This document shows, one piece after another, positions 59,216 through 64,000 of a stretch of 64,000 nucleotides of DNA. The notes under the pieces were generated by a model. It saw only the letters and a list, made by a program, of their open reading frames with translations. It had not been told where the DNA came from and searched no databases. Numbering within the stretch: the first letter of the stretch is position 1; each line of letters opens with the position of its first letter. The DNA is from an uncultured Eubacteriales bacterium. GTDB lineage: Bacteria > Bacillota > Clostridia > Oscillospirales > CAG-272. The stretch is taken from contig URDX01000009.1 of NCBI GenBank assembly GCA_900546695.1, forward strand, positions 1,271 to 65,270, in the 5' to 3' direction. The translations under genes were made by a program, and so were the position numbers.

Positions 59216-61311
59216 AGTTTGAGATACCTCAGGCACCCATTGCCGTAAGGACTCCGTGGAAGGGGCATCTCGGCGGAGTTCCGATGCATCTTGACTATTT
59301 CGCGGGTTCGATGTTCGAGGCTGTTGAGGCGATAGCACGTAAGTATCCGCGCGCGATTGCATTTGATTTTATGGGTAGGGGTCAGACCTACTCGCATCTT
59401 GTCGAGATGGTGCACTCATGCGCGCGTTCGCTGCGCACCATAGGCGTACGCGAAGGCGACAGGGTAACTATCGCCATGCCGAACTGCCCGCAGGCGATAT
59501 ACATGTTCTATGCCGTCAACCTTATCGGCGGTATTGCTAACATGGTACATCCGCTCTCTGCGGAAAAGGAGATAGAGTTCTATCTGTGCGAGTCGGGCAG
59601 CGTTACTGCGGTAACGCTCGACCAGTTTTACGGAAAGTTCGAGCGTATCAGACAGAACACCCCGCTCGTCAACATCGTTATTGCAAGCATAAAGGATGAG
59701 CTCTCCAATCCTCTCCGTACAGGCTACATGCTCACGGAGGGCAGAAAGATTGCAAAGATACCCGACGACGCACCCATCATCCGTTGGAAGGAATTTATGC
59801 GCCTCGGTAAGAGCTGCTTCTATAACTACCGTGTCAAGCGCAAGGCGACCGACCCCGCCGTCATCCTTTATTCGGGCGGCACGACGGGAACGACAAAGGG
59901 CATCGTGCTGACGAATCTTAACTTCAACGCGCTCGGACAGCAGGTCATCGCCGCAAATCCGATGTTTCGCCCCGGCGATACCATGCTCGCAGCGATGCCG
60001 CTTTTCCACGGCTTCGGTCTCGGCGTGTGCATACACACTATGCTCTCGCAGGGCGGCAGATGCCTGCTTGTCCCCCGCTTTACCGCAAAGAGCTATGCAA
60101 AGCTGCTGATAAAGTACAGATGTAATTTTATCGCGGGCGTTCCTACGCTCTATGAAGCGCTGCTGCGTCTGCCGACAATGGACGGCGCGGACCTGTCCTG
60201 TCTCAAGGGTGTTTTCTCGGGCGGCGACTCGCTCTCCGTCGAGCTTAAAAAGAAGCTTGACCGCTTCCTCTACGACCACAAGAGCGTTATTCAGGTGCGT
60301 GAGGGCTACGGCACGACCGAAACGGTCACCGCATGCTGCCTGACCCCGCCGCATATGTTCAAGGAGGGAAGCATCGGAGTACCGTTCCCCGATACGTATA
60401 TCAAGATAGTCGACCGCGAGAGCGGCGATGAGGTACCGTACGGCGAGGAGGGCGAGATACTGCTCGCGGGTCCTACCGTTATGAAGGAATATATGAACCA
60501 TCCCGACGAGACCGTGCAGACGCTCCGCGTGGGCGAAGACGGTCTGACATGGGTCCACACAGGCGACCTCGGTATAATGGATTCGGAGGGCTTTGTCTAC
60601 TTTCGCGGCAGAGCAAAGAGAATGATAATCACGTCGGGCTATAACGTTTATCCCGGTCAGATAGAGAACATTCTCGACGCGCATGACAGCGTACAGATGA
60701 GCTGTGTTATCGGCGTGCCCGATCCGTATAAAATGCAGAAGGTAAAGGCATTCGTTAAACTCGCTGCGGGCGTACCCGCAAACGATGAGACAAAGCAGAT
60801 GCTGCTCTCCTACTGCCGCAAGAACATCGCAAAGTACGCTATGCCGTACGATATCGAGTTCCGCGAGGATATGCCGAAAACGCTTGTCGGTAAGGTCGCA
60901 TATCGCAAGCTCGAGGAGGAAGAGACGGCTCGCATCGCCGCAGCGGCGAATGCAGATGCAGCCGCTTCCGCCGCCGTGCCCGCCGCGAAGGATAATAACG
61001 GCGGAAAGGGCAAAAACAGCGCAAAGGGCAAAAACAGCGCAAAGGACAAGAACGGCGCAAAGAACAAAAAGGACGGAAAGAGCAAGCACCGTTTTTTTGA
61101 TAAGACTGCGTCCGACAGCGCTGCGCCCACGTCCGAGAAGCCCGCATCCGATGCCGCATCTGCACACGAGCAGCCTGCCGTGACATTTGTCGCGTCTGAG
61201 CAGCCCGCAGAGGCTTCCGACCGCGAGACAGTACACACGGACGGAGAGACAGCAGGCACCGACAGGAGCGAGACCGCACATGCGAGCGGCGATGCTGACG
61301 GCAAAAAATAA
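59212..61311 (+). CDS. AMP-dependent acyl-CoA synthetase/ligase with a roughly 130-aa low-complexity Lys/Ala-rich tail
   Basis: ILYSGGTTGTTKGIVLT, EGYGTTE, TGDLG and PKTLVGKV. The ATGA overlap with the upstream gene indicates translational coupling. Confidence 0.8.
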   Translation: MKFEIPQAPIAVRTPWKGHLGGVPMHLDYFAGSMFEAVEAIARKYPRAIAFDFMGRGQTYSHLVEMVHSCARSLRTIGVREGDRVTIAMPNCPQAIYMFYAVNLIGGIANMVHPLSAEKEIEFYLCESGSVTAVTLDQFYGKFERIRQNTPLVNIVIASIKDELSNPLRTGYMLTEGRKIAKIPDDAPIIRWKEFMRLGKSCFYNYRVKRKATDPAVILYSGGTTGTTKGIVLTNLNFNALGQQVIAANPMFRPGDTMLAAMPLFHGFGLGVCIHTMLSQGGRCLLVPRFTAKSYAKLLIKYRCNFIAGVPTLYEALLRLPTMDGADLSCLKGVFSGGDSLSVELKKKLDRFLYDHKSVIQVREGYGTTETVTACCLTPPHMFKEGSIGVPFPDTYIKIVDRESGDEVPYGEEGEILLAGPTVMKEYMNHPDETVQTLRVGEDGLTWVHTGDLGIMDSEGFVYFRGRAKRMIITSGYNVYPGQIENILDAHDSVQMSCVIGVPDPYKMQKVKAFVKLAAGVPANDETKQMLLSYCRKNIAKYAMPYDIEFREDMPKTLVGKVAYRKLEEEETARIAAAANADAAASAAVPAAKDNNGGKGKNSAKGKNSAKDKNGAKNKKDGKSKHRFFDKTASDSAAPTSEKPASDAASAHEQPAVTFVASEQPAEASDRETVHTDGETAGTDRSETAHASGDADGKK
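61009..61080 (+). repeat. Four tandem 18-nt repeats inside the ligase tail (GKNSAK-type hexapeptides)
   Basis: GGCAAAAACAGCGCAAAG occurs twice exactly (61009-61044), followed by two degenerate copies (61045-61080). Confidence 0.7.
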
Positions 61312-61393
61312 ATAACGTTTATATCCGAGCGCTGTCGCCGGTTATAATATAAAAAGGCAATACTATTGCAGTATAAGAAAGGATATTTTCATT

Positions 61394-62467
61394 ATGGAAA
61401 GACTCAGAGTAGGTATCGTCGGACTCGGCGGTATGGGTAACGTACACTCCGACTCCTGGAGGGAGAACCCCCGTGCCGACATTATCGCAATGTGTGATAT
61501 CAAGCCCGAGAAGTGCGACGAGTACATCAAGCGCACCCACATCGAGGATCAGGGTATCAAGGTATACATTGACTTCAAGGAGATGATCGAGAAGGAGCAA
61601 CTCGACGTTGTCGACATCGCAACCCCTAACGATATGCACTCCGTTATCGCCGTTTACGCTCTCGAGCACGGCATCAATGTATTCTGTGAGAAGCCCGACG
61701 CTATCAACGCTGCCGAGCAGAAGAAGATGAAGGATGCTTCCGAAAAGAACGGCAAGCTCCTTATGTGCATGCGCAACAACCGTTACTACCCCAACTCGCA
61801 GTTCCTCAAGAAGTACATCGCCGACGGCAAGTGCGGCGAGATCTACTGCGGACGCTGCGGATGGATCCGTCGCCGCGGTATCCCCGGAAAGGGCGGCTGG
61901 TTCACCACTAAGGCTCGTTCGGGCGGCGGTCCTCTGATCGACCTCGGCGTTCACATGATCGACCTCTCCATCTGGCTCATGGGTAACCCCACTCCCGTTG
62001 CCGTTTCGGGCTGCACCTACACCAAGTTTGCAAACGATGAGGCTGAGAGCGATTCCGAGCACTCTAAGTTCGGTGAAGCTGTTGCAGACGGTACCTTCGA
62101 CGTTGAGGACCTTGCAATGGGCTTCATCCGCTTTGACAACGGCTCCTGCCTCCAGTTCGAGTTCAGCTGGGCATCGAACATCGAGGAGGAGAAGCGTTTC
62201 GTAGAGCTCCGCGGTACAAAGGCAGGCTTTACATGGGGCGACGACGGCTCTGTTAAGATCTTCGGCGAGGAAGAGGGTCAGCTCGTTGACGAGAAGCCCG
62301 AGCTCCCCGAAATGGGCAACGGTCACGACCGCGCTATCCGTCACTTTTCCGAGATTCTGCTTGACGGCAGAGCTCCCGACTATGTACCTCAGCAGGGTCT
62401 TAACATGATTAAGATTCTCGACGGTATCTACGAGTCCGCAAGAACAGGCAAGGAAGTTCTTCTTTGA
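61394..62467 (+). CDS. Gfo/Idh/MocA-family NAD(P)-dependent oxidoreductase
   Basis: Rossmann N-terminus LRVGIVGLGGMG. EKP motif FCEKPDA. Confidence 0.85.
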   Translation: MERLRVGIVGLGGMGNVHSDSWRENPRADIIAMCDIKPEKCDEYIKRTHIEDQGIKVYIDFKEMIEKEQLDVVDIATPNDMHSVIAVYALEHGINVFCEKPDAINAAEQKKMKDASEKNGKLLMCMRNNRYYPNSQFLKKYIADGKCGEIYCGRCGWIRRRGIPGKGGWFTTKARSGGGPLIDLGVHMIDLSIWLMGNPTPVAVSGCTYTKFANDEAESDSEHSKFGEAVADGTFDVEDLAMGFIRFDNGSCLQFEFSWASNIEEEKRFVELRGTKAGFTWGDDGSVKIFGEEEGQLVDEKPELPEMGNGHDRAIRHFSEILLDGRAPDYVPQQGLNMIKILDGIYESARTGKEVLL

Positions 62468-62493
62468 TTTGCGACAGTTTTCGCTGACAATAT

Positions 62494-62530
62494 GCGGCAG
62501 TGCGATTTTTCGCACTGCCGTGTTTATTTC
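62494..62530 (+). terminator. Intrinsic terminator after the oxidoreductase gene
   Basis: Stem GCGGCAGTGCGA with TCGCACTGCCG, followed by TGTTTATTT. Confidence 0.7.
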
Positions 62531-62574
62531 AGGCGGAGCGACGTACTTCCGCCCGGATGAACGGCACCATACCG

Positions 62575-62616
62575 CGATAAAGATAAAACCGAGACAGCTC
62601 ATGACCGTCTCGGTTT
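62575..62616 (-). terminator. Intrinsic terminator on the minus strand, downstream of the DtxR-family gene
   Basis: Minus strand: AAACCGAGAC-ggtcatgagct-GTCTCGGTTT, followed by TATCTTTATC. Confidence 0.55.
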
Positions 62617-62773
62617 CTTAGTACTATTTTATTGCATGTAATGCGCACGGCTATATCGTGTGTTATCACTGCATATCTTTTTTGTGCGGTATTGCTGCGC
62701 ACCTCTGTTGTACGTTATTGTCATACGTTTTAATTGTGCGTTATTGCCGAATGTTTTCTGCTCAAAGCGCGGC

Positions 62774-63271
62774 TTACTTTGCTTTTCCCGCACGCTTAGC
62801 CTTTGCAGTCGTTACCGTGCCGTGATGCTCGGGCTCGCTCTCGTGTGCGGCTGCATCGTCATTTTCATCCGCAACCTCATCGTGCGGCAGGGCGGGGAGT
62901 GTCACGCCGTTTTCGGTCAGATGACGCTTGATAGCGTTAAAGCTCTTATCGCTTATGTAGTGCTCCATGCGGCATGCGTCGTTTGCGGCGGTCCCCTTGT
63001 CAACGCCGAGACCGAGCAGCATTTCGGTAAGCACGGTATGACGCTCATAGATATGCTCTGCGGTTGCCCTGCCGCTTGCCGTCAGGGTGATAAAGCCGTT
63101 TTCGTCTACAGTAATATATCCGCCGCGGCGGAGAATACCTATCGCGCGGCTTACAGAGGGCTTTGAAAAGCCCATATAGTCAACAATGTTTACCGCTCTG
63201 AGCTTGGATGTCTTGTGTGAGAGGATGAATATCGTCTCAAGATACATCTCTCTTGATTCATGAATGGGCAT
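62774..63271 (-). CDS. DtxR/IdeR-family metal-dependent transcriptional repressor (iron-type metal site)
   Basis: Start at the ATG at 63271 (MPIHESREMYLETI). HTH segment VNIVDYMGFSKPSVSRAIGIL. The metal-site segment NDACRMEH parallels DtxR EACRWEH (Cys102/Glu105/His106). Confidence 0.8.
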   Translation of the reverse strand: MPIHESREMYLETIFILSHKTSKLRAVNIVDYMGFSKPSVSRAIGILRRGGYITVDENGFITLTASGRATAEHIYERHTVLTEMLLGLGVDKGTAANDACRMEHYISDKSFNAIKRHLTENGVTLPALPHDEVADENDDAAAHESEPEHHGTVTTAKAKRAGKAK

Positions 63272-63397
63272 TGCGGTACCAACCTTTCTTCGGAGTACGG
63301 CAGCCCGCCTCCGTCTTTGTATAATCATAACACAAACGGGCGGATAAATCAAGAACGATTCGTAAAAAATTATTCCTACAAAAAAATCACAAAACCC

Positions 63398-63426
63398 TTG
63401 ACAAGTTAGCCATAGACAACTATAAT
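63398..63426 (+). promoter_or_regulatory. Sigma-A type promoter for feoA-feoA
   Basis: TTGACA (63398-63403), a 17-nt spacer, then TATAAT (63421-63426). Confidence 0.65.
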
Positions 63427-63433
63427 ATAGTAC

Positions 63434-63451
63434 GGTTAGTCGGGACTAACC
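63434..63451. promoter_or_regulatory. IdeR/DtxR-like palindromic operator
   Basis: GGTTAGTC-GG-GACTAACC has perfect 8-bp arms and resembles the core of the iron box TTAGGTTAGGCTAACCTAA. It lies just downstream of the -10 element. Confidence 0.55.
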
Positions 63452-63469
63452 ATACTTTTATGATGCAAT

Positions 63470-63485
63470 GTTAGCCTCAGCTAAC
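63470..63485. promoter_or_regulatory. Second IdeR/DtxR-like palindromic operator
   Basis: GTTAGC-CTCA-GCTAAC has perfect 6-bp arms. A third half-matching copy, AGTTAGCCATAGACAACT, fills the promoter spacer at 63404-63421. Confidence 0.5.
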
Positions 63486-63514
63486 GCAGCAATCGTCGCG
63501 AGGTGAAGAAATTA

Positions 63515-63727
63515 ATGATGCCACTCAATCTTGCCGATATGGGCGAGCCTCAGATTGTAAAGAAGATAGGCGGGACGCCTGAGGTGAAGAAGCACCTTAC
63601 CGATCTCGGCTTTACGGTCGGCGGTGAGGTAAGCCTTGTAAGCATGCTCGGCGGAAACGTTATAGTCAAGGTCAAGGAATCGCGCGTAGCGATAAGCGAC
63701 GAGCTTGCCCGAAAGATAATGGTTTAA
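63515..63727 (+). CDS. feoA: FeoA-family ferrous iron transport protein
   Basis: Start at the ATG at 63515, 8 nt after GAGGTGA. SH3-like FeoA pattern: L.DLGF..G.EV..V....GG.VIVKV..SRVAIS.ELA..I.V. Confidence 0.8.
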   Translation: MMPLNLADMGEPQIVKKIGGTPEVKKHLTDLGFTVGGEVSLVSMLGGNVIVKVKESRVAISDELARKIMV

Positions 63728-63759
63728 ATTTATATTTACATATAGGAGGAACACAAGCA

Positions 63760-63984
63760 ATGACACTGCGTGAACTGCCGCTCGGAAAGAGCGCGAAGGT
63801 CGTAAAGCTCACCGGAGAGGGAGCTATCAAGCGTAGGATTATGGACATGGGTATTACAAAGGGGACAGAGCTTATCGTCCGTAAGGTCGCACCGCTCGGA
63901 GATCCGATCGAGATCACCGTCCGCGGCTATGAGCTTTCGCTGCGCAAGGCAGATGCCGAGCGTATCGAGGTCGAGCTGCTGTAA
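63760..63984 (+). CDS. feoA: FeoA-family ferrous iron transport protein (second copy)
   Basis: AGGAGG RBS. LRELPLGKSAKVVKL...RRIMDMGITKGTELIVRKVAPLGDPIEITVRGYELSLRKADAERIEV. Confidence 0.8.
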   Translation: MTLRELPLGKSAKVVKLTGEGAIKRRIMDMGITKGTELIVRKVAPLGDPIEITVRGYELSLRKADAERIEVELL

Positions 63985-64000
63985 TTCATGCCCTGCGCAA

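Overview
GC-rich chromosomal segment that looks like a Clostridia genome of the Oscillospiraceae/Ruminococcaceae type, with Firmicutes-style GGAGG ribosome-binding sites and TTGACA-17-TATAAT promoters. About 55 protein genes can be supported. I recognised no rRNA, tRNA, CRISPR array, transposase, integrase or phage genes, so this is core chromosome and not an obvious accessory island.

Main blocks:
- 1-14.4 kb: a frameshifted nitroreductase, manA, three secreted dockerin-bearing proteins (one is a CHAP peptidoglycan hydrolase), an activase/dehydratase-like Fe-S gene pair, and mtaB.
- 14.5-20.5 kb: parC-like topoisomerase and a small sugar-acid cluster (SDR, ASRT-like protein, TIM-barrel isomerase).
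- 20.7-26.1 kb: the conserved holB / yaaT(ricT) / yabB-like methyltransferase / rsmI cluster, with a ferredoxin gene inserted.
- 26.3-29.8 kb: an ABC importer of the putative Trp/Tyr family.
- 29.9-38.7 kb: murI, an intracellular GH95 fucosidase, a membrane protein, Mrp/NBP35, DUF218 and an EIIC-like permease.
- 38.9-50.5 kb: an 11.6-kb branched-chain amino acid operon, ilvA-ridA-leuA-leuC-leuD-leuB-ilvB-ilvN-ilvC-ilvD.
- 50.6-64 kb: DUF815 ATPase, a CaCA antiporter, a heterodimeric ABC exporter with a divergent LysR regulator, an E2-like acyltransferase plus acyl-CoA ligase pair, a Gfo/Idh/MocA oxidoreductase, and a DtxR-family regulator divergent from feoA-feoA.

The two most unusual signals are regulatory RNAs:
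1. The ilv-leu leader contains two tandem T-box Stem I/Stem II modules. Their apparent specifiers are Leu (CUC) and Ile (AUC). Only one Stem III, T-box motif and terminator follows them.
2. The ABC importer leader encodes a 33-codon Tyr/Phe-rich ORF that ends just before an intrinsic terminator. This resembles classical leader-peptide attenuation.

All calls rest on reading the sequence and recalling family motifs. No database search was run.
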